Positions 38,019 to 48,397 of a DNA stretch of 58,085 nt are shown here, piece after piece. The DNA lies in IMG/VR virus record IMGVR_UViG_3300043398_000262, positions 1-58,085 of that record. One strand, 5' to 3'. Position 1 is the first letter of the stretch, and every line of letters starts with the position of its first letter. The notes beneath the pieces were generated by a model that was not told where the DNA came from, did no database searches, and saw only the letters and a program-made list of their open reading frames with translations. This DNA comes from a virus (taxonomy: Duplodnaviria > Caudoviricetes). Position numbers and translations under genes: made by a program.

Positions 38019-39509
38019 GTGTATACCGCCAGAGAAGCCGAACGTGAGCTACAGCGCCGAGTCCAAGAAGAGCTGGTCAAGCGGCGTATAAACCAGCCGG
38101 AGCTGTACAAACGTGAGGTAATAGCGGCGCTTCGGGCTGAGTTGTTCCCTCAGCAGCTGGCTGTGATGGATGACCCAGCACGTCGTATCTCGTTGTGCTG
38201 CAGCCGACGTGCTGGCAAGTCCGAGGTAGCCGCCCGCATGATTGCGATTTCGCTGTTATCCAGCAATCGCAACGAATACACGCTGTTCAGCGCTAGGACG
38301 ATGACCCGTGCCAAGCAAATCATATGGGACCTGTTGTCGCGAATTAACGACCAGTTCCAACTCGGCTGGCACATGCAAGCACACATCGGCGAAATAAAAG
38401 CACCGAACGGCGCCATGTTTATGCTGCTGGGCGTAGACGATGCCATTGCTGCCGAGAAGGTGCGCGGTTCCAAGTATCGGTTGGCTGTGTGTGACGAAGC
38501 CTCGACTTACGAAGAGCACCTGGACATGCTGGTCACAGACTGTATAGCGCCGGGGACCCTTGATTTTTCGCCGCCTGGGAAAATCGTCATAGCAGGTACG
38601 CCGGGCAAGGTTCGCAAGGGCTACTGGTATGATGTAGCATGTGGTAACAAGCCGGCCTACAGCAACCATCACTGGACCCTACGGCAAAATCCGCACATCA
38701 GAAACGCTGAGCAGACGCTGGCTGATGAGCGAGCCGCCAACAACTGGACCGAAAACGACCCAGTCTATTTGCGCGAGTACGAAGGCATCTGGGCGGCTGA
38801 CGAGACGACGCTGGTGTACGCCTATAATCAGACGCGCAACGACGTCAAGCAGCTGCCCGAGGCGCCTCTAGGGTCCGATGGCCAGCCGATGCCCATGGAC
38901 GTCTGGATTCGAGAGCAGTGGTTGACTACTGTGGCCGCAGATATCGGATACAACGACGACTTCGCCGTAGTGTGTCTGGGAAGCCCACCGCACTCCAAGG
39001 ACGTCTATGTCATTCACGCCGAGCGGCAGAGCGGGCTCCTGGTAGGCGTCCAGGCCGAACGAATCAAGGCCATCCGCGACAAGTACCGCCCAAGCCGAAC
39101 AGTCATCGACGCTGGCGGTATGGGCAAACTGACGTTCGAAGAGTACACCCAGCGCTACGGCAAAGCCCAGGGCGGGCGTACCATACGCGCCGAGAAGCAC
39201 AATAAAATCGACGCCATAGGTATGTTCAACTCGGACTTGCGGTCCGGAACCATCAAGGTTCTACAGCCGCAGTGCGGCGTCCTTACTGAAGAGTGGCGTA
39301 CTTTGCCGTGGCAGGACGAAAGCCGTGAGAAGGAACATCGTGCGTTCCGCAACAATACAGCGGACGGTTGTCTCTATTGTTGGAGAGCACACAAGGCTTT
39401 CATGGCCATGCCAGCGCCCAACGAAAAGACGCCAGAGGAACGCGAACGCGAAATCGACGAAGAGAGAAATCGCCGGGTGCGCACAGCAATGACCAAGCGA
39501 CGGCGTTAG
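38019..39509 (+). CDS. terL: Terminase large subunit
   Basis: PQQ, Walker A SRRAGKS, Walker B AVCDEA, GTPG, YLREYEG.W, nuclease ADIG...DAGG...NTADG. Confidence 0.92.
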   Translation: MYTAREAERELQRRVQEELVKRRINQPELYKREVIAALRAELFPQQLAVMDDPARRISLCCSRRAGKSEVAARMIAISLLSSNRNEYTLFSARTMTRAKQIIWDLLSRINDQFQLGWHMQAHIGEIKAPNGAMFMLLGVDDAIAAEKVRGSKYRLAVCDEASTYEEHLDMLVTDCIAPGTLDFSPPGKIVIAGTPGKVRKGYWYDVACGNKPAYSNHHWTLRQNPHIRNAEQTLADERAANNWTENDPVYLREYEGIWAADETTLVYAYNQTRNDVKQLPEAPLGSDGQPMPMDVWIREQWLTTVAADIGYNDDFAVVCLGSPPHSKDVYVIHAERQSGLLVGVQAERIKAIRDKYRPSRTVIDAGGMGKLTFEEYTQRYGKAQGGRTIRAEKHNKIDAIGMFNSDLRSGTIKVLQPQCGVLTEEWRTLPWQDESREKEHRAFRNNTADGCLYCWRAHKAFMAMPAPNEKTPEEREREIDEERNRRVRTAMTKRRR

Positions 39510-40101
39510 TCACTGCCACCAGTCGCACAGTCGCCGCCAATCAGGCTCCTTGGCCACCAGCTCAAGCGGTTGGGGCTCCTCTTGGAGCAGTATGGCGATT
39601 GTACGCTCCTGGCGAATCAGGAATGCCACCAGCTCTGGAGGCGTTTCGTACGGAATGACTACAGGCAACGTTGAAGCTTTTTTTGCTTGAATCATGACCA
39701 AGACTCCATTTCAGCTAACAAGTCCGCGTAATCTGCCCAGATTTGCTTCAGCTCGCGCATCGACATAGGGCTAGTGGTCCTGGCTCGTCCCGACGAACCA
39801 AGCGGCTTCAGCGGGCTGTATGGCTCCGTCGCGCTGAACCCAGATACGGGTGGGTTCGTCTTCGTCGATGAGCTCATCGTCTGAATGTACGTCCAGACGG
39901 CATTCACCGAACTGTCTGAGACCTTGCAGAAAGGGGTCGTTGGCCGCAAATGACTCGGCTGTCTTGAAGTCTTCTAGCATTGCTGCGTGTGCGGTTTGCA
40001 TGGCTGGCTGCTCCTGGTCGGCGTCGGGTGTTGATTTATTCTCCATGCCCCAGGTTACGACGTCAACGGGCATTTTCCTTCCCTTGGCTCCGGGCCGATA
40101 T

Positions 40102-40821
40102 TTAGACTCCTGGAGGAACCCACACTGCCGACTTACCGATGCCGCGCACTACCCAGCCTGCGGCTTCTAAAGCTCTAGTTAGAGTCTTAGCGCACATTTT
40201 GTGAGCTTTGGCGTGTTTCCATGCATTGTCGCCTTTGAACGAAGTGACTGCGGCGGCGATGCGAGGTGCGTGCTTAGCACGCATTGCAAGACTACGGGCA
40301 AGACGACAAGCCTCAGACGGTACCCTGCCAACCTGGGCTGCCGAAATCTTGGCCTTCCATTCAGGGGTCTTAGATGCCAAGACGCTTTCTCTGATACGCC
40401 GCTTAGCTTCTGGAGACCTAGCTAAAGCTGCACGTGACATGTTAGCGCGGGCTTCATCTGACCGCGTTGCCCCTAGGTTGGCCCGCCGTAGTTTCTCGGT
40501 ACGCTCAGGTGATGAGACGTAGCCTGACAAGCCGTCTCCACCATCCGTAAGATTGTAGCCCCAACGTCTACAATCGTAGGCCTGAATAGCTGCCACCTCC
40601 AGAGCCACAGCCAACGTCTCGTCTAGACCTAGTGCCAAGTACTGCAGACTGAAGCTATCACGCCCGTATTTGCGGATAGCAGCATAGAACGCCGGGCATT
40701 GAACTCCACCCTTCTCAGCCCACCTCAGATGACAACCGGCCCTGCCTTTTACCCCTTTACCGACATATTTTTTCTTGTTGGTTAGATTGGTCCACACGTA
40801 AACGTAGAAGTCATTCCGCAT
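40102..40821 (-). CDS. GIY-YIG homing endonuclease with NUMOD3
   Basis: YVYVWTNLTNKKKYVG, AIRKYG, GYNLTDGGDG. Confidence 0.9.
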   Translation of the reverse strand: MRNDFYVYVWTNLTNKKKYVGKGVKGRAGCHLRWAEKGGVQCPAFYAAIRKYGRDSFSLQYLALGLDETLAVALEVAAIQAYDCRRWGYNLTDGGDGLSGYVSSPERTEKLRRANLGATRSDEARANMSRAALARSPEAKRRIRESVLASKTPEWKAKISAAQVGRVPSEACRLARSLAMRAKHAPRIAAAVTSFKGDNAWKHAKAHKMCAKTLTRALEAAGWVVRGIGKSAVWVPPGV

Positions 40822-40882
40822 TATATGGTGACTTTAGCATCAACTCGGACCGGGGCACGCACGCATCGTCAATATTTGAGGC

Positions 40883-41269
40883 ATGAGTGTAATAGGCGAT
40901 AAGGCTGATGCTATCCAGGCTCCGACAGTAGCGGCTGACTCGACCGGTCTCTACGGCTGTTGGCGCATTTCCGGCATAACTACAGCGGCTTCGGTCGCCG
41001 TACCCGCAAGGTACCGCAACCATTATTTACGGCTAAAGGCTCGCGACGCCGATATCCAGATTGGTTTCTCGAACGGCGCGGCTGGCGCCACGCTGGTTCT
41101 GAACCAGGCGTCGACGGTGGGAACCGGGCATGTAAGCGCAGGCTTTACACTGACTAACGGCGAGTCCATCGACGTGCTGGTCCCGTATGACGCGACCTTT
41201 CTGAACTACATCGTGGTCAGCGGTACGGGGCGGCTGGAGGGCTTCGTTTCCGAGGCTCGCATTCCGTGA
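40883..41269 (+). CDS. Virion structural protein
   Basis: Beta-rich 128 aa coupled to the tailspike gene. Confidence 0.5.
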   Translation: MSVIGDKADAIQAPTVAADSTGLYGCWRISGITTAASVAVPARYRNHYLRLKARDADIQIGFSNGAAGATLVLNQASTVGTGHVSAGFTLTNGESIDVLVPYDATFLNYIVVSGTGRLEGFVSEARIP

Positions 41270-43710
41270 CGGTATCTACCCTAGAGGTCTACCCGCCAGA
41301 GGGCACCGTGTATCCAGACGCCAATGGCGTTCCGATTACGGCTGCTGGCGCTGTTGTTGACGTCTCCAAGTACATTTTGGATGCGATTCGATTCGGCTAT
41401 TTGGTGTCTCCAGATGACCCGTTGGACATCTACGAACCTGATGACCGTACGGGTACCAATCCAGACGGCGGGTTCGGAGCCGCGCTTCAAACTCAGGCTG
41501 AGCTGGAGGCATCCGCCATTCCGGCCAGCATCGACGCACTGGAGATACTTGGCTGTCTGGCAGCAGGCGACGGCGGGGGCGGAACAGTTAAGCGCATAGC
41601 AGAAGACTCACTCCCACCAATAGGTTTCACCGGCGCAAGTACCGGCACCTTGACGGCTGGTGACGGCTCCAGATGGGTGTACGTGCCCGATTCTAGAGGC
41701 GTCAACGTGCGGTTCTTTGGCGCTCTAGGGGATGACATTTCGTCTCCTGAGGAAAATGCTTTAGGCATCAACGAAGCGCTATTTTTCGATATGTATTACG
41801 CTAGACAAGGGTGTACCTATATACCCGCAGGTACCTACACTCTAGCTGATACAATCCACATTGGCTATGGCGTAACAGCGAGTAGCTATCGGTCAACCAC
41901 TCTGGAAGGTGACGGGAAAATGTACGCAGGGTCCTCTCCTTTTGGAGGAACTGCGTTGATACCTGTAAACACAGACCGGCCAGTGATTGCGGTACAGGGA
42001 ACCCGAAGCCCCAGAATTAAGAGACTGGCTATACAAGGGCCGAATAGAGATTTCATTATCGTCAATAATCTAGGAAACTTCGACCCAGCTGTTGACGATA
42101 CTGACATAAACGAGTGGCTGGGCCCGTCATTGCACGCTAACGCTAATTCTCGATATGCCCCGTTTGCCGCCATCGCAATAGACCCTTATGCAGGGCCGCG
42201 ACCTGCGGTGTCGTACCCTGACGTAGTGTACCCGGAGTCTTTCGGCGCGGTCGCACAATACGATAAGCTATTCTCTAGCGATGTTTCGATGCAAGACTTG
42301 TTCATCGGCGGGGTTGTAGTCCCGATTGTCGTTCAGCCCTGCGACGCGGATGGTAATGCTGATTTCACGTCAATTCGAGACTGCTCTTTTGAGCAAAACG
42401 TCTACGGATTTGTGAGCGCGGGCAACTCTCAATCGCGAATTTTACAGGCTGATAACTGCATCGCGTCGCAATTTCACACAGGGATTGCTAACGCAGTACA
42501 TGGGCGGCAGATTGGGAAGTTTGGCTCAGAATGGCGAAATTGCCACTTTGGTGCCTGTATACAGTGGATTGACCTACCTAACGGCCCGTATGCCGGACCC
42601 ATGCGGTTTGTCGGCTGTTATGGAGAACAGGTATGGCGCATAGGTAACTATGGCAACGTCAGCGCTTCAAACCAGCCGCTGACGTTTGACAACGTGGATT
42701 TCTCTTTCGATTCACAGGACCCCGTCTCGAACGCGTTGCGAGGCGTTCCTCCTGATGTGCTGTCGGTGTCTCTATCCAGCGTCACGTTCAAAGACGTCAC
42801 CTTCACGCACTATGAGTCAACACTGCTGTTTGACGGAGACGCAAGGTTTTTCACGTTCGAAGGAACTCAAACATACTCTGACCATCCCAGGGCGAATATG
42901 TACGAAAAAATCGCGCATAACTTCACTTGCGATGGGATAATGTTTGCTATTTCGCAGACTATCGACCGGCCGAGCCGGTTCAAGAACAAAATGGCCAAAC
43001 GTTATAATCTTTCAACTGGCGGAGACTTGTTGACTGATGTGGTTTCTGACGTAGCCGTTAGCTCCAGGGCCATAGGCTTTCCTGCTTGGGCTCGCACCGC
43101 AGTAGCCGAGTCGACGCCGGACTACACAGCCGATGCCCCAAGTCCTTGGATTATGGTTCTGGCCAAATCGTCGCTGTCGTTTTCAATGAGCGGGCTGACT
43201 CTTACTGTCACCAGTTGGCCACTCAATACGTATCAGAATTCGCTGGGTGGGATGCCTGGTGATGTTATTTACGATAGCCAGAGTGGCTCTATTTTTTTCG
43301 TGCGTTCCTATAGTGCCGGAACGTTGATTGCTGAGTTGCAGAACAACTACATCGGGACAACCCCCCGCGTAGCTATTTCGCCTACGAGCGGAGATTTCTA
43401 TGTCGGTTTGTCTCGAATTTATTTACCGGGCTCTTACTTGAGCGCAACTTTTTCGGCCTCGACAACTGTGTCTAACGTCGCCAGGGCAGATGGAGTCGGT
43501 ACTAACTTGACGTCGCTGATTTCTGACGGGGACCGTATGTACGCTGGGCTAGGGCATGTGAAACTAGACTTCACATACGTTGACTCTACTAACGTAATCT
43601 CCAGCGTAACCAACGGCTCCCCTGGGTCTTTCGTCATCGGGGCTAACCCAGCCACGACAGGGACTCGCCCTATAGGGTTCTTAGTGAGACAGGCGCCAGC
43701 CAATGTCTAG
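41266..43710 (+). CDS. Tailspike/receptor-binding protein with probable pectin-lyase-like beta-helix
   Basis: AGDGGGG, VNVRFFGALGD, YIPAGTY motifs typical of phage tailspikes. Confidence 0.78.
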   Translation: MTVSTLEVYPPEGTVYPDANGVPITAAGAVVDVSKYILDAIRFGYLVSPDDPLDIYEPDDRTGTNPDGGFGAALQTQAELEASAIPASIDALEILGCLAAGDGGGGTVKRIAEDSLPPIGFTGASTGTLTAGDGSRWVYVPDSRGVNVRFFGALGDDISSPEENALGINEALFFDMYYARQGCTYIPAGTYTLADTIHIGYGVTASSYRSTTLEGDGKMYAGSSPFGGTALIPVNTDRPVIAVQGTRSPRIKRLAIQGPNRDFIIVNNLGNFDPAVDDTDINEWLGPSLHANANSRYAPFAAIAIDPYAGPRPAVSYPDVVYPESFGAVAQYDKLFSSDVSMQDLFIGGVVVPIVVQPCDADGNADFTSIRDCSFEQNVYGFVSAGNSQSRILQADNCIASQFHTGIANAVHGRQIGKFGSEWRNCHFGACIQWIDLPNGPYAGPMRFVGCYGEQVWRIGNYGNVSASNQPLTFDNVDFSFDSQDPVSNALRGVPPDVLSVSLSSVTFKDVTFTHYESTLLFDGDARFFTFEGTQTYSDHPRANMYEKIAHNFTCDGIMFAISQTIDRPSRFKNKMAKRYNLSTGGDLLTDVVSDVAVSSRAIGFPAWARTAVAESTPDYTADAPSPWIMVLAKSSLSFSMSGLTLTVTSWPLNTYQNSLGGMPGDVIYDSQSGSIFFVRSYSAGTLIAELQNNYIGTTPRVAISPTSGDFYVGLSRIYLPGSYLSATFSASTTVSNVARADGVGTNLTSLISDGDRMYAGLGHVKLDFTYVDSTNVISSVTNGSPGSFVIGANPATTGTRPIGFLVRQAPANV

Positions 43711-44452
43711 TAGACGCGCACGAAGGTCACGAGCAGGGCTAAGAGTTATCCCGAGTTTGCAGAACGCGTTCCGCCGTCTGTTCAGCGCGGGGGATGTCTG
43801 GTTTGATGCAAGCAATGTTACGCCAGACGGCGTGTCCGGCAAAATGTTGTCTATGGTCGACTATATCGATTCGACGCATTTGCTCACGCAGGCCGACACT
43901 ACAAAACAGTACGCTTTACCTTCGGCCAACGCTAATTTCGGAGGCGCCTTGACCGTCACAGGTACTGGGTCGACTTGGCATCGGTCGAATCGCTCGAACG
44001 CTTCTTGGGCTTTTGCCGACAGGGCCGGAACCCTAGTTTGTGTGTTTAGACCTACTTCTGATGCATTGCGAATAATGCTAAGTACAAGCGCCAACACGGC
44101 TGCAGGCGGGCTTGATTTGACGCGGTCCGCTGCCGACTCGCTTCGTTTGCGAGCGGTAGGACCTAGCTCCAGTACAACAACCGGCTGGACGGTAAACACT
44201 GCCACATATGTAAGAACGTCGTTGGGCTCGGCGGCCTGGGAAGTATTCAGAAAATCCGCTTCTGTAGCTAGCGGAACTGGGACACTGTCAACGGATACCG
44301 CCAACGTCAGACCGTTGACGACAGGCGAAGGAACAACCTTTAATTTCGAGGGCGAAATTAGAGCTATTTACGCCTTTCAACGTGTCATCGACGCAGCTGA
44401 CTGGTTGACAGTGCAGCAGTTCATACAAGCTGATACAGGTATCACTCCGTGA
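43703..44452 (+). CDS. LamG/ConA-like lectin-domain virion protein
   Basis: WFDAS...Q....Q....FEGEI.AI..F.R pattern. Confidence 0.6.
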   Translation: MSSRRARRSRAGLRVIPSLQNAFRRLFSAGDVWFDASNVTPDGVSGKMLSMVDYIDSTHLLTQADTTKQYALPSANANFGGALTVTGTGSTWHRSNRSNASWAFADRAGTLVCVFRPTSDALRIMLSTSANTAAGGLDLTRSAADSLRLRAVGPSSSTTTGWTVNTATYVRTSLGSAAWEVFRKSASVASGTGTLSTDTANVRPLTTGEGTTFNFEGEIRAIYAFQRVIDAADWLTVQQFIQADTGITP

Positions 44453-45132
44453 CGAAATCTGTACACGCCTTATTCGTCCATGGTATTGGCCAACAAGACT
44501 CCAAGTTTGCTGACCAAGCACAGAAGCGTCTGGCGGCAGCTCTGAGCCCCCGTGGCGTCACGCTGTATGGGCGCAGTGTTCATTGGGCTCCGCTGCTTGA
44601 TACCGTTGAGGCCAAGGCGCTGCGACAAACCAAGCGGCTGGGGGCGCACGGCAAGCTGATGCAGCGTGTGACAATGGGCACGCTGGCGGACGCACTCAGC
44701 TATAGACACCACCAGGTCGGCATCAACTATTTGATGGACTACGAAACCAAGCAACTGCGTGCTGACGAGATTCATATCTTCGGACATTCGCTGGGCTGTT
44801 TGCTGGTCGCCGACTATCTAAGAAGCCGCACAGGGGTCAAAGTTGCCCATCTGTATACAATGGGTTGCAACCTCCAGCTGTTCTTCCTGGGCGCCGAGGA
44901 CCAGTTCGACTGCCCGCAACAGCTCAAAGCAACCGGCAAGTGGACGAATCTGTTCAGTCCCAACGACGCAATCGGCTTTCCACTACGGGCCTGGCTGCCC
45001 CAAGTCCGAGACGTCGAAGTGTCTGTAGGCAACATCTTCACAAAGTGGTGGGGCGCAGCACATGGGGCCTACTGGGGCGACAAGCGGCTTTGGTCTGATA
45101 CCATACCAGGACTGTTGCTAGGGGAAACATGA
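44449..45132 (+). CDS. Alpha/beta hydrolase (lipase/esterase-like)
   Basis: FVHGIG oxyanion motif, GHSLG nucleophile elbow, N.FSP.D, AHGAYW. Confidence 0.85.
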   Translation: MTKSVHALFVHGIGQQDSKFADQAQKRLAAALSPRGVTLYGRSVHWAPLLDTVEAKALRQTKRLGAHGKLMQRVTMGTLADALSYRHHQVGINYLMDYETKQLRADEIHIFGHSLGCLLVADYLRSRTGVKVAHLYTMGCNLQLFFLGAEDQFDCPQQLKATGKWTNLFSPNDAIGFPLRAWLPQVRDVEVSVGNIFTKWWGAAHGAYWGDKRLWSDTIPGLLLGET

Positions 45133-45138
45133 CAGTTT

Positions 45139-45579
45139 ATGGTCATGCCGCCCACTGACCGTAGCATCCTAATCAGTCTAGCCAAAATCGGCGAGCGGCA
45201 AGAGTCGTTGGCCAAAGCCATGGAGGCTAGAGACGACCACAACGCCGAGCGTTACGAGTCCCTGGTGGCTCGACTGGATGAAAGGCACGAGACGCTGCTC
45301 CAGCGCCTAGAGGCCCAAGAAGAGGCCTTCTTGGAGCGTCTAGAGGCGGCCAAGGGCCGAGTGACCGACAGCATCCGTGCTGAGATGTCTTCAATGCTTG
45401 AGCCGCTGAGTCGCCGAGTCGCTGACCTGGACAAGGCGCGTACCAAACTGGTGGCCATGGGTAGCGGTGCAGGCATGCTTGCTACTGTAGCAGCCTGGGT
45501 AATCGACCACTTCCTGAAGATTCTGCCGGTCATAATCCTGTGCGGGCTGGGCGCTGCGCGTTGGCTTCTTTCCGGTTGA
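45139..45579 (+). CDS. Coiled-coil membrane protein, holin-like candidate
   Basis: Coiled coil plus two C-terminal hydrophobic segments, near the endolysin. Confidence 0.45.
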   Translation: MVMPPTDRSILISLAKIGERQESLAKAMEARDDHNAERYESLVARLDERHETLLQRLEAQEEAFLERLEAAKGRVTDSIRAEMSSMLEPLSRRVADLDKARTKLVAMGSGAGMLATVAAWVIDHFLKILPVIILCGLGAARWLLSG

Positions 45580-45703
45580 CGCACTGCGTCGCTCTGGGTA
45601 TTCTCGGGCTGTTCAGTTATGGGCCCATCGCAGGGCGAAAGAGGCTGGGGCAATGGTGCTCTGGCCTCTTCCTTTTTTGCTTCGTCTGTTATACCGTTAC
45701 TGG

Positions 45704-46171
45704 GTGGCATTCAAAAATCTAAGCGCCCAGGTGGCCGAAGAGTTTGGCGAGTTTACTGAAAACGCTTTCAGCTTGCACCAGGAGCTTCTGCTTCGGCGCA
45801 AGCAAGCGCTGGCCCTAGATAGGCAGGCAGGGCTGGTACCGGAGCCCAGTAAGCGTACGAAGCCGCCCGAAACAGCCGACCAGGCCGAGAAGCGTCGCGA
45901 GTATAACCGGGCCTGGATGCGTATGCAGCGAGGCAAGGAGAAGGCTAATCGTCCTGCCGTGTCACCTTCCGAGACTGCCAGGCGTGCCGCCAAGAAGCTG
46001 CCCCACAGGCTTACGCCTGACCAGCGTCGTCTGGTGTTGAACCTGGAGGTTCCGGCCAGCGCCGTGGCTAAAAAACTGAAACTGGCCGAGTCGACGGTAT
46101 TTTACCACCGGCGGCGAGCCGCCCAGGGTGTACAGCCTTGGGCCAGGAAACCCGTCCTAGGAGCAAAGTAG
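45704..46171 (+). CDS. Basic HTH protein
   Basis: ASAVAKKLKLAESTVFYHRRR HTH; start placed at GTG 45704. Confidence 0.55.
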   Translation: MAFKNLSAQVAEEFGEFTENAFSLHQELLLRRKQALALDRQAGLVPEPSKRTKPPETADQAEKRREYNRAWMRMQRGKEKANRPAVSPSETARRAAKKLPHRLTPDQRRLVLNLEVPASAVAKKLKLAESTVFYHRRRAAQGVQPWARKPVLGAK

Positions 46172-46175
46172 TCGT

Positions 46176-46613
46176 ATGGTGAACGGCGATTCAGATACCC
46201 CCAGCTGGCTGGCCCGCGCCAGACGCGAACTAGGCGTGCGTGAAGGTAAGGACGATACACGTATTCTGCAGTACCACCAATGCACAGGGCTCAAAGCCCG
46301 CAGCTCAAAGGTCCCTTGGTGCGCCAGTTATGTGTGTTTTTGCTTGGAGCAAGAAGGCGTCAAGTCGACGCGTTCAGCGGCTGCCGCCAGCTACAAGATG
46401 TTCGGCAAAGAGTCCGAAGTACGTCCAGGGGCGATTATCGTATTTGGGCCCAAAGACTTAGACTCCGGACACACAGGCCACGTCGGGTTCGTTAACGCGA
46501 CCCCTAAAGGTCTATATGTACAAGTCGTCTCGGGGAATCAAAATAATAGAGTGACCCTTAAAAACTATAGAATATCTGATGCCGTTGCAATTCGTTGGCC
46601 GGAGTTTCCTTAG
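46176..46613 (+). CDS. Endolysin, TIGR02594/CHAP-like peptidase
   Basis: W...A..ELGV.E, PWCASYV, GHVGF, SGNQ, RWP. Confidence 0.85.
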   Translation: MVNGDSDTPSWLARARRELGVREGKDDTRILQYHQCTGLKARSSKVPWCASYVCFCLEQEGVKSTRSAAAASYKMFGKESEVRPGAIIVFGPKDLDSGHTGHVGFVNATPKGLYVQVVSGNQNNRVTLKNYRISDAVAIRWPEFP

Positions 46614-47566
46614 TGGCACAAGTCTACTTAGTGACCTGTTTACCGACCGGTAAACGTTATGTCGGGTTCACTTCGCGGTGCTTTAAGGAACGCTGGGCGC
46701 GGCACAAGCTAGATGCCAAGAAAGGTTCTGGCTATCTGTTGCATCGCGCCATACGCAAGCACGGCGAGGCGAACTTCACAGTTCGTTTGCTGCTTGAGTG
46801 CACAGAATCTGATTTGGCTCTAAAGATGGAGAAGTTATGCATTTCTGAGCTAGATAGCCTTGCGCCTTCAGGACTGAATTTAGCTTCTGGCGGTCAGCGC
46901 CCTGAATGGCACCCTAGCTCTAGAGCAAAAATAGGGGCCAGGACTAAAGCCAACTGGCGCAAGACTTCATACAGGAATAAAATCCTGGCAGCTAGAGCGA
47001 CTCCAGAGGATAGGGGTCGCGCCAGAGCCGCGAATTTGGCGGCGCAGGGCAACCCTGAACTACGAAAACGAATCGCGGAAAAGCTGAAGGCGCTATCAGC
47101 CACTCCTGAAGTGCGTGAACGCCTTAGTAAGCAAGCCACAATGGCCTGGGCGTCTGCTGTCTACAAAACCCGGCAGGCGGAAGGTTTGCGCAAACACTAC
47201 GCCGACCCTGCGATTCGCCTGGCCGCATCGATTAGAGCAAAGCAGGCTTGCACCTCTACGCTTCGGCAAAAACTGTCAGAAAGTCACGGAGTCTCCGCTG
47301 CAACCAGAGAAGCTATAGTTGCCCAATTAGCAGATGGCGCCAAGCCGCAAGTCGTAGCAAAGGCTCTAGATATTTCACCCGGTGTGGTCTTGAGATGGGG
47401 TCGAGAGTACGGCGTTTACCCACCTGCTAAACCGCGGCGTAACCTACGCCCAAGTATAGAGACGCTGCTCTCTGAAGGCCTCAAGCAAGCCGAAGTATGC
47501 AGGAAACTATCTGTAGCCCCTGGCTACGTATCTAGAGTGGCAGCAGCCATGAGAGGGGCACCATGA
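46613..47566 (+). CDS. GIY-YIG homing endonuclease with C-terminal HTHs
   Basis: VYLVTC..TGKRYVG.T....RW..H, AIRKHG, GLNLASGG. Confidence 0.88.
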   Translation: MAQVYLVTCLPTGKRYVGFTSRCFKERWARHKLDAKKGSGYLLHRAIRKHGEANFTVRLLLECTESDLALKMEKLCISELDSLAPSGLNLASGGQRPEWHPSSRAKIGARTKANWRKTSYRNKILAARATPEDRGRARAANLAAQGNPELRKRIAEKLKALSATPEVRERLSKQATMAWASAVYKTRQAEGLRKHYADPAIRLAASIRAKQACTSTLRQKLSESHGVSAATREAIVAQLADGAKPQVVAKALDISPGVVLRWGREYGVYPPAKPRRNLRPSIETLLSEGLKQAEVCRKLSVAPGYVSRVAAAMRGAP

Positions 47567-47756
47567 GGGCCAGCGACAGTGCGGACTATTTGGTTGCGGC
47601 CATTGAGGCTGACTTGCCGACGCTGCATTGGAGCACTGAGCGCAAGCAGCTGGTAGAAGCCAGCTACAAGCGCTACTTGGTCCAGGCCGTGACGTCGGGG
47701 CTGGTGGGCGAAGAGCTGGCTATCCGGCTGAGCGCTTACCGCGCTGCTATCGGCTA

Positions 47757-47927
47757 CTAGGAGCGAGACTTCGGCTTGCGGCTCTTGCGGCAAGCTCTGT
47801 TCTCGGCCCGTAGCTCAGTGACAAACGCCTCCAGCTCAGCTGGGTCGATGTTGTAGCATTCGGCTGTCATCTCGATTGAGGCGCCGCCGCTGATGACATC
47901 GTTTGCCGCTTCGTACATCTTTGCCAT
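47757..47927 (-). CDS. Small HTH-like protein (56 aa, not in ORF track)
   Basis: MAKMYEAANDVISGGASIEMTAECYNIDPAELEAFVTELRAENRACRKSRKPKSRS; GGAGAG RBS; TTGCCA-18-TATATT upstream. Confidence 0.55.
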   Translation of the reverse strand: MAKMYEAANDVISGGASIEMTAECYNIDPAELEAFVTELRAENRACRKSRKPKSRS

Positions 47928-48001
47928 GTTGCTCTCCGGGCTCGTTGCTGACTTGATAAATATACGTCAACGCCCTGGATGCTGGCAAGCGTTATCGGAC
48001 G

Positions 48002-48187
48002 CTAACGACGCCAGCCAAGTTTCTCTACAGCCTCTTCGGCCGATAGCGCCACCATTAGCATCTTGTCCGGACCGAAGTGCACACAGCACACGTCGTCGGA
48101 CTCGGGCTGAATCATGAACACCTGGGTAGCATCCACATAGACGAACTCATCTGGGATAGTACGCGGGAGCTTGACAAACTTGCTCAT
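48002..48187 (-). CDS. Hypothetical protein
   Basis: FVKL...VYVD...V..I pattern; AGGAG RBS. Confidence 0.55.
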   Translation of the reverse strand: MSKFVKLPRTIPDEFVYVDATQVFMIQPESDDVCCVHFGPDKMLMVALSAEEAVEKLGWRR

Positions 48188-48397
48188 CTGATTCTCCTAG
48201 TTGCGCTGCTTCAGGTCATCGACATTTTCTAGGTAAGCTTCGCGGACGTCCACTAGGAATTCATCGCGGTACCTGGCGAACAGACCAGCGTCCATGTTGC
48301 CGATACACAGCAAGTCTCCCTGGGCTTCGTACGTAAAGGGCACGTCGAACGATGCACCCAGACTCAATCATCAAGTCGACGTACGAATAACTGCCCA

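Noticed and set aside
41266-44452. Diversity-generating retroelement or invertible tail-fibre cassette driven by the recombinase
   Set aside because: No reverse transcriptase, TR/VR pair or inverted-repeat-flanked alternative fibre segments were seen
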